DNA of 64,000 nt from Bacteroidota bacterium. Lineage in GTDB: Bacteria > Bacteroidota > Bacteroidia > AKYH767-A > OLB10. The position numbers and the translations under genes were made by a program. Below are positions 38,499-47,253 of the stretch, one piece after another (the stretch's first letter is position 1; each line of letters begins with the position of its first letter). Where the stretch lies: the NCBI GenBank assembly GCA_031366005.1, contig JANLZB010000094.1, forward strand, positions 8,877 through 72,876, written 5' to 3'. Under the pieces are notes generated by a model, which did not search any database, was not told where the DNA came from, and saw only the letters and a program-made list of their open reading frames with translations.

Positions 38499-41012
38499 GT
38501 TGTTGGTTTTTCTTTAGCCGGGTGTTCTGTAATCAAACGGGCACCCGGTTTTATCTCTAAACTAAATCTGTTAATTATTTTTTGTGTGTTCACTTTTCAG
38601 CTGCATGGTGAAGAACAAAAAGTAGTTTACAATGCTACCCGTATTTTTACTCCTCCCCGTATTGATGGACAGCTGAATGACAGTTGCTGGAAATCAGCCG
38701 CTGTTGCAACCAGTTTTATTACCTATTCACCTGAATTTGGAAAGCCTGCTTCTTTACGAACAGAGGCACGCCTGGTATATGATGATAATGCGATTTATGT
38801 TTCTGCTTATTGTTATGATGATCATCCCGAAGGAATACGTAATCAATTAGGTGAACGTGAAAGTTATCCCGATGCAGATGTGTTCGCAGTTGGACTGGAT
38901 ACTTATGATGATGACATCAATGGCTACCGTTTTGAGTTGAGCGCAGCAAATGTGCAGGGAGATGTGCGTTTATCACAGAGTAATATTGCTGATAAAAACT
39001 GGGATGCTGTCTGGCATAGCCGTGTGAGTATTGTTAAGGATGGATGGATCGTTGAAATAAAAATTCCATTCTCTGCTATTCGTTTTCCTGAGAAAGCAGA
39101 ACAACAATGGGGGCTTCAGTTTGCCCGTTCCATTAAGCGATTGAACGAATATGCAACATGGAGTCCGGTGAATCCTAAAATAAATGGTATCGTGAATCAA
39201 TGGGGTGTACTCACAGGGTTGGGTAATTTATCTCCTCCTGTTCGCCTTTCGTTTTCACCTTATGTATCCACCGGTATGCAGCATGATCCGGTTTCAACCA
39301 ATCCAACACTTTATAACACCAACTATTCACTGAACGGAGGGATGGATGTGAAGTATGGAATTAATGAAAGCTTTACATTGGATATGACTTTAATTCCTGA
39401 TTTCGGTCAGGTGCAATCGGATAATGTAGTTTTAAATCTTTCAGCTTTTGAAACAAAATTTGATGAGAAGCGAACTTTCTTTACTGAAGGAACCGAATTG
39501 TTTCACCAGGGTGATCCCAATTTCCGTGATGGAACTATTTTTTATTCGCGAAGAATAGGAGGGAGGCCTACTGGATATTTTTATGTTGATGATAGTTTGG
39601 ATGACGGAGAAGAGATTATAAAAAATCCTTCTGAATCTCAACTTTACAATGCAACAAAACTAACCGGCAGAACAAACAAAGGATTAGGTATTGGTTTCTT
39701 TAATGCCGTGACTGCGCCCATGTATGCTACGATTAGGAATACGGAGACCGGAGAGACAAGAAAAATTCAAACAGCTGTTTTAAACAATTATAATATTCTG
39801 GTTTTTGATCAGTCATTAAAAAATAATTCACATGTTAGTTTTACCAATACCAATGTGATGAGAGAAGGTGCATCAACAGATGGTAATGTGAGTGCAATCA
39901 ATTTTAATATTAAAGACAAATCAAATACTTATTCAGTTTCAGGATTTGCTAATTACAGTCAGCGTTATAACCAGTCGTTTGAAAAAAATCCAACAACGGG
40001 TTATTATTATACAGCTATCTTTTCAAAAATCAGCGGCAACTTTCAATTTGATTATTTTAATGCTGCAATAAGCAAGGATTATAATCAGCGTGATCTTGGA
40101 ATTCAAAATTCAAAAAATGAGTTCAGTAATTTCTTTGGAGTAAAGTATCTTCAAACAAAAGCCAAAGGTTACTTATTTAGCTGGGATGTGTATGCAACCG
40201 CTAATTATACCACTCGTCTTGAACCGATAACATACCAGGAGTTGCAGTTAAACTGGGGAGGTAATACACAACTGAAAAATTTTTGGTACGCAGGTGTATA
40301 TTTTAGTTCAAAACCAACTTACTATTATGATTATTACGATCCACGGGTTGAAGGCGCTAAATACACTCATGGTGGATATTGGTTTGGCGGTATGTACATT
40401 AACACTGATGACAGAAAACGATTAGCATTAAATGTTAACCTTGGATATGGTGAATCATCTTATCCTGATGATCCTTATCGTGAAATAAAATTGAATCCTG
40501 TGTTTCGGGTGAATGATCATCTGCGGCTCTCTTATGATTTATTTATGAGTGAAGATAAAGGATCGTTTGGTTATGTGGATGTAGATTCAACAGGACAAAT
40601 AATTTATGGCTTGCGTTTGCTGCACACTGTCACCAATACATTCACGGCTCAATATGCTTTCACTTCTAAAATGAATGTGAGTTTGCGTGCACGCTATTAC
40701 TGGAGCAAAGTAAATTTTGCACGTTTCTATAACCTGAATGAGGATGGCACTGTTGATTACAGCAACTTCACAGGCAACTATGATGAAAACTTTAATGCCT
40801 TCAATCTTGATATGATTTACAACTGGGAGTTTGCACCGGGAAGCAGGTTAAGCATTGCATGGAAAAATAATATTGAACAGGATGATAATTTCGGTCATGA
40901 TAATTATTTCAGCAATTTTCATAAAACATTTAACACTGCACAGTCCAATGGGCTTTCTGCCAAGCTGATTTATTATTTAGATTACCAGTATTTGAAGAGA
41001 AAGAACGGATGA
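38499..41012 (+). CDS. CBM9-like / DUF5916-type outer-membrane-associated putative hydrolase
   Basis: The N-terminal motif IDGQLNDSCWKSAA…YDDNAIYVSAYCYD resembles CBM9-like domain proteins of Bacteroidota. No ATG start is found after the upstream hairpin. A rare start is expected within 38500-38570. Confidence 0.5.
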   Translation, partial: VVGFSLAGCSVIKRAPGFISKLNLLIIFCVFTFQLHGEEQKVVYNATRIFTPPRIDGQLNDSCWKSAAVATSFITYSPEFGKPASLRTEARLVYDDNAIYVSAYCYDDHPEGIRNQLGERESYPDADVFAVGLDTYDDDINGYRFELSAANVQGDVRLSQSNIADKNWDAVWHSRVSIVKDGWIVEIKIPFSAIRFPEKAEQQWGLQFARSIKRLNEYATWSPVNPKINGIVNQWGVLTGLGNLSPPVRLSFSPYVSTGMQHDPVSTNPTLYNTNYSLNGGMDVKYGINESFTLDMTLIPDFGQVQSDNVVLNLSAFETKFDEKRTFFTEGTELFHQGDPNFRDGTIFYSRRIGGRPTGYFYVDDSLDDGEEIIKNPSESQLYNATKLTGRTNKGLGIGFFNAVTAPMYATIRNTETGETRKIQTAVLNNYNILVFDQSLKNNSHVSFTNTNVMREGASTDGNVSAINFNIKDKSNTYSVSGFANYSQRYNQSFEKNPTTGYYYTAIFSKISGNFQFDYFNAAISKDYNQRDLGIQNSKNEFSNFFGVKYLQTKAKGYLFSWDVYATANYTTRLEPITYQELQLNWGGNTQLKNFWYAGVYFSSKPTYYYDYYDPRVEGAKYTHGGYWFGGMYINTDDRKRLALNVNLGYGESSYPDDPYREIKLNPVFRVNDHLRLSYDLFMSEDKGSFGYVDVDSTGQIIYGLRLLHTVTNTFTAQYAFTSKMNVSLRARYYWSKVNFARFYNLNEDGTVDYSNFTGNYDENFNAFNLDMIYNWEFAPGSRLSIAWKNNIEQDDNFGHDNYFSNFHKTFNTAQSNGLSAKLIYYLDYQYLKRKNG

Positions 41013-41040
41013 TTACCCATTAATAAAAAAACCGTCCTGC

Positions 41041-41066
41041 AAATTAATGCAGGACGGAAAATCAAA
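41041..41066. terminator. intrinsic terminator ccgtcctgca-aattaa-tgcaggacgg between convergent genes, A/T-run flanked
   Basis: Perfect 10-bp stem. A7 upstream gives a U-run on the minus-strand transcript. Confidence 0.8.
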
Positions 41067-41082
41067 ATGAAAAAGAACTTCT

Positions 41083-42060
41083 TTAAGCTGTTTCGCTTGC
41101 TTTTACAATTGCGGGCTCATAAGCAGGCACAATGAAACCTGATGGCTCCAGAAAATAAGTGCGGGTTACGGTTTGATTATGCTTAATTTCAATCAAACCG
41201 GTGTTAAGGTTTTGTGTGCCTGAGGTAAGCGTAAAGCTGTAAATATCTGCCATAGCTTTATTTTGTGTTTTATTATATTTAATATCCATTGAAGCCAGCC
41301 CGCCCATATCAGTGGTAGCCTGGTTTTGAGTGTTATTCTGTGTAAGAGTTACGTTCGGTACCGGTTGCATCAGGTCATCCAGGATTAAGACCCTGAATTT
41401 GCCATGGCGGGTAGCTTTTGCTGTAAGCTGCCTGCGCTGGGTGTATTGATTAAAAAAATCTATATTACCATTGGTTTTATATCCGATTGCGGCACTGTCA
41501 AGCTCGTTAGTGCAATAGCTCATCCCTTGTTCTATCAATGCTTTTATCTTCTGGTTGCGCTGGCGTCTTGCTTCCAGTTGATTTTTTGGAGTTAACAAAA
41601 CTCTGCTGTAATCATCAATAGCAGATTGCCACTGCGTAAGGGTCTCGCTAGTGATATTCCAATCTGCCATGTTGGCTACAAATGGCTGAATGAGCTTTAG
41701 CCATGATTGTGCAACCGATACAATATTGGTGTCCTGAATTTTGATAATTTTACTTTGCGACATTTTCAGTTTTGCTGCCATGTCAGCATTGCCTGCATTC
41801 ACAAAATAACCGCGGGCCGCCTTAATCACTGAATAACTTAACTGGTCAAGTGCCCTACGGAACTTTTCCTTCTCGGCCCCGCTGCCAATGATGCTGGAGG
41901 GCTGCGAACCAAGTTCTAATAAACTGTTAATAATGACTCCAATCTGATCAATGCTTATAGCAAAGGCTTTTATCAGGTTGGTGATTACGGGGTTTGATGT
42001 TGCAAAACCATATACGGATTGAAACATAAACATTCTGATTTGATCTTTTTTGTTAAACAT
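41083..42060 (-). CDS. hypothetical protein (325 aa), no recognisable domain; second gene of a two-gene module
   Basis: Long ORF with good coding appearance, a helical N-terminal half and a Thr/Asn/Gln-rich C-terminal half. It is followed by a strong terminator. Confidence 0.5.
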   Translation of the reverse strand: MFNKKDQIRMFMFQSVYGFATSNPVITNLIKAFAISIDQIGVIINSLLELGSQPSSIIGSGAEKEKFRRALDQLSYSVIKAARGYFVNAGNADMAAKLKMSQSKIIKIQDTNIVSVAQSWLKLIQPFVANMADWNITSETLTQWQSAIDDYSRVLLTPKNQLEARRQRNQKIKALIEQGMSYCTNELDSAAIGYKTNGNIDFFNQYTQRRQLTAKATRHGKFRVLILDDLMQPVPNVTLTQNNTQNQATTDMGGLASMDIKYNKTQNKAMADIYSFTLTSGTQNLNTGLIEIKHNQTVTRTYFLEPSGFIVPAYEPAIVKASETA

Positions 42061-42240
42061 ATTTTTTAAGATTTAAATTTAATTTTTAGTTTATTTATGT
42101 ATGTATTTGTTCTTTCTACGCAATTTTATTTGCCGGGTTACATTTATTTTTTTAATTGCTTCTTTATTTCTTGTTGTTGCATTTACAGGGTGTGATACGA
42201 TGCGTTTTTAAATAAGTTTCCGTAACCCAAAATTTTTTTT

Positions 42241-43032
42241 CTATTCAAATAATTTATTTTCAATCGGCAGTGTAATTTGGTTATTGTTTGCCTTTACAAG
42301 TCCTGCTTCTGTGACAGCTCCCAGGTAGGAACCGAAAGCACGGTAGTATTGCATATAGGGATGTTGCTTATCTGTCAGCATATCCTTTTTTTTCGGGGTA
42401 CCCCCCATCAATGCGGCTTTTGATTGCAGATAACTGATCAGGCGGTGGCGATGCAATTCCTTTCGCTTGTTGAGCAGCAATTTACGCAACTGAAAATGAT
42501 TGCATGCCTCTATAGAGAGCCATGCAAAAGTTTTAAAGAGCTGCCTTACATAATGCTTTGAATAATGGCTGTTCGCATAGTATGATCCCATGGAAGGAAT
42601 ACGGTCGAGTCGCAGGGCTATGTCGCGGAAATCTTCCATCAATTGCATTTTGGTATATGGCATGTTATGCTCCACAGTCCAATTATTTTCCACCGGCTCC
42701 TGTTTACCGCCCGATGCATCATACTGGCGCAGAAAGGTCATAAACAGGTACAAACGGGTTTCACCCGGCATTGCGCGTTTCAGTTCCTGCATGGAAGGAA
42801 GGCGGTTAAGCCCCTTATACAGATCAATACATTTTTGCTGTTTGCGCTCTTCTAATATATCTGTATAGAACAGGTTTTGTGCATAAAGCAGTTTATTGAT
42901 TTTGTCTGCTGATATATTATATCGCACTGCAAGATGTGTAAGGCGGGCACCTGCTTTTATCTCATGTATTATCTGCTCCTCCATAACCTTTTCATCCAAA
43001 GGCTGAGGAAGCGTTATTATTTCATTTTCCAT
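42241..43032 (-). CDS. hypothetical DNA-binding protein: N-terminal HTH plus three homing-endonuclease-associated (HNH_repeat-like) repeats
   Basis: HTH-like stretch ARLTHLAVRYNISADKINKLL. Three repeats share the pattern (L/I)P(S)…Y…(F)GS(W/Y)…A…AGL, e.g. LDRIPSMGSYYANS…FKTFAWLSIEA and YYRAFGSYLGAVTEAGL. Confidence 0.5.
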   Translation of the reverse strand: MENEIITLPQPLDEKVMEEQIIHEIKAGARLTHLAVRYNISADKINKLLYAQNLFYTDILEERKQQKCIDLYKGLNRLPSMQELKRAMPGETRLYLFMTFLRQYDASGGKQEPVENNWTVEHNMPYTKMQLMEDFRDIALRLDRIPSMGSYYANSHYSKHYVRQLFKTFAWLSIEACNHFQLRKLLLNKRKELHRHRLISYLQSKAALMGGTPKKKDMLTDKQHPYMQYYRAFGSYLGAVTEAGLVKANNNQITLPIENKLFE

Positions 43033-43510
43033 AACTGCATAACATAATATACCCTGTGATACGAAAGGATTGGTGATAGGTTTCAGGTTAGGAAAAAAAA
43101 TTTTGAGGAGGTTGTATTAAGGTAGTATTAGTAAAATTCAGCTTTCAGCTATGTGTGACCTTTCACGCCCTTGTTGGTGTTATTTCCACCAACAAGTTTA
43201 CTGTTTTTATTTAATAAGTGTATAAATTGTTTCTTGCAGGTGAAAGGAAACACGTGCAAGGGCGAGAAAAGGGTGTACAGGGTGTTTATGATGTTGATGA
43301 TTATCGTTTGCTGGAGTATTTATAGATTGGATGCAATGTTTGGAAAAGTTAGTGAATCGTTGGAGATCAGGTGCTCCGAATTTCAGAGTCCCGCGGTAGG
43401 GGCGGAGACTCTGAAAGTACTGAAGATTGTGAATAACTTTTGAGACTTTGTTTTTAAATGATATTGCAATTTGATGATTATAAGTATCTTTGTTTGATTC
43501 TAAATTAATA

Positions 43511-45220
43511 ATGATAACCAAGGAACAAATAAAAAATACAGGAGCAACCTTTACGCCTAAAGGTCTTGCCGATTTCTTGGCTACGAGGTTAATCAAATAT
43601 ATTTCTGCAAAGAATGTCAAGGCACTTGACCCTGCTTGTGGAGAAGGTGAATTGCTAATATCTATTGGGGAAAAACTTTCGGAATCAGGAATTGATTTTA
43701 CTTTAACTGGTTACGATGAGAATGATCACTATCTGAGTTTAGCAAAAGAGAGAATGTTGCAATTCGGTTCAGGAAAGAACAATCTTGTACAGGGGAATTT
43801 TTTAAAGGCCATTGATTTGACGGACAATCAAGGAACTTTTGATTTCTTCTCTGCAGAAAAATCTAATATTAATAAGGCTTTTGATGTTGTAATTGCGAAT
43901 CCGCCTTATGTAAGAACGCAAATTTTGGGAACAGAACAAGCGCAGGAACTCGCAAAAAAATTTAATCTGAAAGGTAGAGTCGATTTGTATTATCCATTTT
44001 TAATGGCAATGACTGAAAGCCTTAAAGATGATGGCATTTTAGGTGTGATTACTTCCAATCGTTACCTTTCAACGAAAAGTGGTGAAAGTGTAAGAAAATA
44101 TCTTTCGGAAAATTTTGAAATAATTGAACTGATTGATTTAGGGGATACCAAATTATTTGATGCAGCAGTATTACCTGCTATTTTTATTGGCAGAAAGAAA
44201 AAGCAACGATCTCCTGCTCCTGCAAATTTTATTAAAGTTTACGAAGAGTTAAACGGATATAAGGGCGACTTAATTCCTATGGAATCCATATATGAGATGT
44301 TAGATAGTGAAGAGACGGGGTATTTTATAGTAAATGAAAAACGTTACAAAAAATCCGCAGGGTTTTTAAAGTATGAAATCGGTTCTGGAACTTGTTGGGA
44401 AATGTTGTCAGACAAAGAATCGAATTGGGTTTCAATAATTGATAAGTCTTCCACTAACCGAGTAGGGGATTTCTTTAAGGTAAAAGTAGGTATTAAATCT
44501 ACGGCTGATAAAGTATTCATAAGCGATAAGTGGGAAGAACTTAATGGAACCAAACCTGAAGAAGAGTTGTTGAAAGAGTTGATTTCCCAAGAAAATATTG
44601 AGCCGTGGAATGCTACGGATAATTTTAATTTAAAAGTGTTATATCCGCACATTTCAGTTAATGGAGGAAAAGAAACTGTTGATATTGAAAAGTATCCTAA
44701 AGCGAAAAAATATTTTTTACAACACGAAGAAAAGCTAAGGTCGAGAAAATATCTTATTGAGACAGGGCGGCAGTGGTTTGAATTGTGGGTTCCTCACCAT
44801 CCCGACCAATGGAAAAATCCGAAATTGGTTTTCCCGGATATAAGTTTAAGTCCGAGATTTTATTTTGATAAAGGGGGGAGAATTGTTAATGGTAATTGTT
44901 ATTGGATCGTTGCCCAAGATAAAAAGGACATTGATAAATTATTGTTGATTCAAGGTGTCGCTAATTCAAAATTGATGACTAAGTATCACGATTTAGTCTT
45001 TAATAATAAACTATACTCTGGAAGAAGAAGGTACTTTACGCAGTACGTTGAAAAATATCCACTCCCTGATTTTAATTCGCCTGTCGCAAAGGAAATTATC
45101 TCTTTAGTAAAAAAATTGAACGAAACTCAAGATACAGCAGTTATTAGCAAACTTGAAAATAAACTTGAAATAAGAGTCGCAGAGGCATTTGGTGTCGAAC
45201 CGGTTTTTACTTTGGATTAA
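43511..45220 (+). CDS. N6-adenine DNA methyltransferase (gamma class, Eco57I/TaqI-like) with a C-terminal target recognition domain
   Basis: Motif I LDPACGEGELL precedes motif IV VIANPPYV. The ORF-track start at 43490 is a TTG, and the first ATG is at 43511. Confidence 0.8.
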   Translation: MITKEQIKNTGATFTPKGLADFLATRLIKYISAKNVKALDPACGEGELLISIGEKLSESGIDFTLTGYDENDHYLSLAKERMLQFGSGKNNLVQGNFLKAIDLTDNQGTFDFFSAEKSNINKAFDVVIANPPYVRTQILGTEQAQELAKKFNLKGRVDLYYPFLMAMTESLKDDGILGVITSNRYLSTKSGESVRKYLSENFEIIELIDLGDTKLFDAAVLPAIFIGRKKKQRSPAPANFIKVYEELNGYKGDLIPMESIYEMLDSEETGYFIVNEKRYKKSAGFLKYEIGSGTCWEMLSDKESNWVSIIDKSSTNRVGDFFKVKVGIKSTADKVFISDKWEELNGTKPEEELLKELISQENIEPWNATDNFNLKVLYPHISVNGGKETVDIEKYPKAKKYFLQHEEKLRSRKYLIETGRQWFELWVPHHPDQWKNPKLVFPDISLSPRFYFDKGGRIVNGNCYWIVAQDKKDIDKLLLIQGVANSKLMTKYHDLVFNNKLYSGRRRYFTQYVEKYPLPDFNSPVAKEIISLVKKLNETQDTAVISKLENKLEIRVAEAFGVEPVFTLD

Positions 45221-46325
45221 ACACACACTTTCCGTAATGCTTTTCAAAAAACGCCATTGGTATTGCCCTTTGGCATTTATAACTTTCGGCACTCACATAA
45301 GAAAATAATTCTCCTAATTTTTCACCTGGTGTAAGTATTATTCCTTCAATTATTTCAGTTTTGGGATTGGTTAATGCTATTAAATAGCGCACGTCAAAAG
45401 TCGTCAAAGAGGAGTCTTTAACTATAACCTCTTCTCTTTCAGGTGAAAATTTACCCAAGTCAACCGTTGGACTGTCTTGAACCTTTACTTCCAATAACTG
45501 ATTCCGTATATCAGGAAAAGCTCCATATAATAGATCTGATTCTTTCACCTGATAACCTAATAGTTCAAGCGTTTTCTTCTCCAAAGCTTGACCTCTGTTT
45601 TTTGTCGCTGCCGCATCCAATTTAAAACCGATTAATTTTTCCGCAACCATTTTCTTGAGTAAAGCAATCGAAAATAAGTTTTTGATGTCCGGTTCTTCTA
45701 CCATACCGGACTTGGGCGGTAAGTAATCGTGACGTATATGATAAGAAAGTTTTTTAGAATCAGGAAAAGACAAGATTTTGTCTGCGCTTTCATAAATGTC
45801 TTTTCGAACCTTTCTCGAAATCAATAATTGATGTTTAATTGTTGGTTGCCCAAAATTTCCAAAATGTTGTACGATATATTCTGGTGTAAGAATCACTATT
45901 GAAGCGATAGTGTTTTTTGAAGTGTCAACTCTTACAAATACAAATCTAACATCTGTACATTTAAGGCTTTCACCTGATTCATATTTGATAAGCAAAGTTT
46001 CCGCTGCAGGAGCTCTGTTCCAAACTTGCAAATTATAGGATGTGCCGCTGGTTACAATATAGGTGTCTATAAATTCTCTTGTAATTTTAGGTACACCCTT
46101 TCCTTTGGGAGGAACAATTTCAAACTGATCAATTTCTGCTGATGACGGTAACTGATGCTTTTCTAATGTTGACGCTATTAATTTTCTGATGTTTGATCCG
46201 TCTGTGCGTGTTTTTCCTGTTATGGTAAATGGTTTACCAACAAGTTCAGAAAAATGTTTTGTCAGCACTTTAGGGTCAGTCAGCATACTTACAGAACGTG
46301 GTGGTATTTTAAATTCTTTGTTCAT
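45207..46325 (-). CDS. putative Type II restriction endonuclease (uncharacterised family)
   Basis: It is convergent with the methyltransferase and overlaps its 3' end by 14 bp. It is translationally coupled to the upstream controller HTH gene. A possible PD…EVK motif is FPDIRNQLLEVK. Confidence 0.45.
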   Translation of the reverse strand: MNKEFKIPPRSVSMLTDPKVLTKHFSELVGKPFTITGKTRTDGSNIRKLIASTLEKHQLPSSAEIDQFEIVPPKGKGVPKITREFIDTYIVTSGTSYNLQVWNRAPAAETLLIKYESGESLKCTDVRFVFVRVDTSKNTIASIVILTPEYIVQHFGNFGQPTIKHQLLISRKVRKDIYESADKILSFPDSKKLSYHIRHDYLPPKSGMVEEPDIKNLFSIALLKKMVAEKLIGFKLDAAATKNRGQALEKKTLELLGYQVKESDLLYGAFPDIRNQLLEVKVQDSPTVDLGKFSPEREEVIVKDSSLTTFDVRYLIALTNPKTEIIEGIILTPGEKLGELFSYVSAESYKCQRAIPMAFFEKHYGKCVFNPK

Positions 46326-46549
46326 AACAAGTCGGCTGGTTTTACCTTAAGTGCTTTTGCAATTTTTTTTAGGTTTAGGACAGAAATATTCCTTTCACCT
46401 CTTTCAACGGATCCGATATATGTTCTGTCTAAATCACAAGCAAAGGCAAGCTTTTCCTGAGATAGGTCGGCTTCGGTTCGAAGGTCGCGAATCCGATCGC
46501 CAATTTGTTGCAAAAAGAGCCTTTCGTCTTTTGAATAAGATGTTGACAT
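46322..46549 (-). CDS. XRE-family HTH protein, candidate R-M controller (C) protein
   Basis: 75-aa protein with HTH LSQEKLAFACDLDRTYIGSVERG. Its stop overlaps the endonuclease start in an ATGA arrangement. Confidence 0.65.
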   Translation of the reverse strand: MSTSYSKDERLFLQQIGDRIRDLRTEADLSQEKLAFACDLDRTYIGSVERGERNISVLNLKKIAKALKVKPADLL

Positions 46550-47253
46550 GAATGAAAAAATGAGGGGACGAAGGTTTGGAAAAGATGTAAATAAGACTAC
46601 GGACTATAAGTAGCATTTTTGCTTCTATTCGAAAAAATCCAAACCCTACCACTACGTCCCGGCAAAAAATAAGTTTCGTACAACAAGACCACACAAGTTA
46701 CAGCCGCAATCGCAGCAGTTGACATCGTAGTTCGGTTGAGCGTTGTAACCGTGTGAGTAGCAGCAGCCTATTAAATTTTTTGTTAAATAATGTTCCATAA
46801 CTGAATGCGTTTTCCACAGAGCCGGATGCGTTTGACAACTGGTTATCTGCCATACCTGCCCAAGCAAATACGTTTTACATCAAAGCGACTGCCAATGCTA
46901 CCGATGCCGGTGCGTTTTCCAACGAGGGGAATGCGTTTGACAAAGTGTTTTGTTCTATAGCTTACAGTTCTTTTTCAAAAGACATGGAAGCTAATGCAAA
47001 TGATTTCGATCCATGTGCAATAACAAATCATCAGCTTGCTCTTATCAGGGATGCAAACGTTCTTGATTTATCGGGTAGTGATGTTGTTAATACAGCGGAA
47101 GCTTATTATGCAAAGGGGAAAACAATAGTTGACCTACAGGGCGCTCTTGCTCATCATCCGTATATAATTATAATTTCCACTGGCACGGCTATTGACTTAC
47201 GATGGTTTCACCCATTTTTGTACTTCCTTAATGACACATTGACACAGAACATT

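Noticed and set aside
43171-43620. Two mutually overlapping ORFs (90 aa on plus, 137 aa on minus) upstream of the methyltransferase
   Set aside because: They overlap each other on opposite strands, and the minus-strand one overlaps the methyltransferase start. The region is most likely the divergent promoter region.
46652-46867. Cys-rich 71-aa minus-strand ORF (…CCDCGCNLCG…)
   Set aside because: There is no ribosome-binding context, and the Cys run comes from GCAGCAG repeats. It overlaps the direct-repeat leader of lon. It was kept only as part of the leader observation.
46945-47253. 103-aa N-terminal extension of Lon in the ORF track
   Set aside because: Lon N-domains start about 40 aa before the LPLRNTVLFPG motif. 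The first ATG consistent with that spacing is at 47254. The extension has no Lon similarity and contains the ATGCGTTT repeat region.
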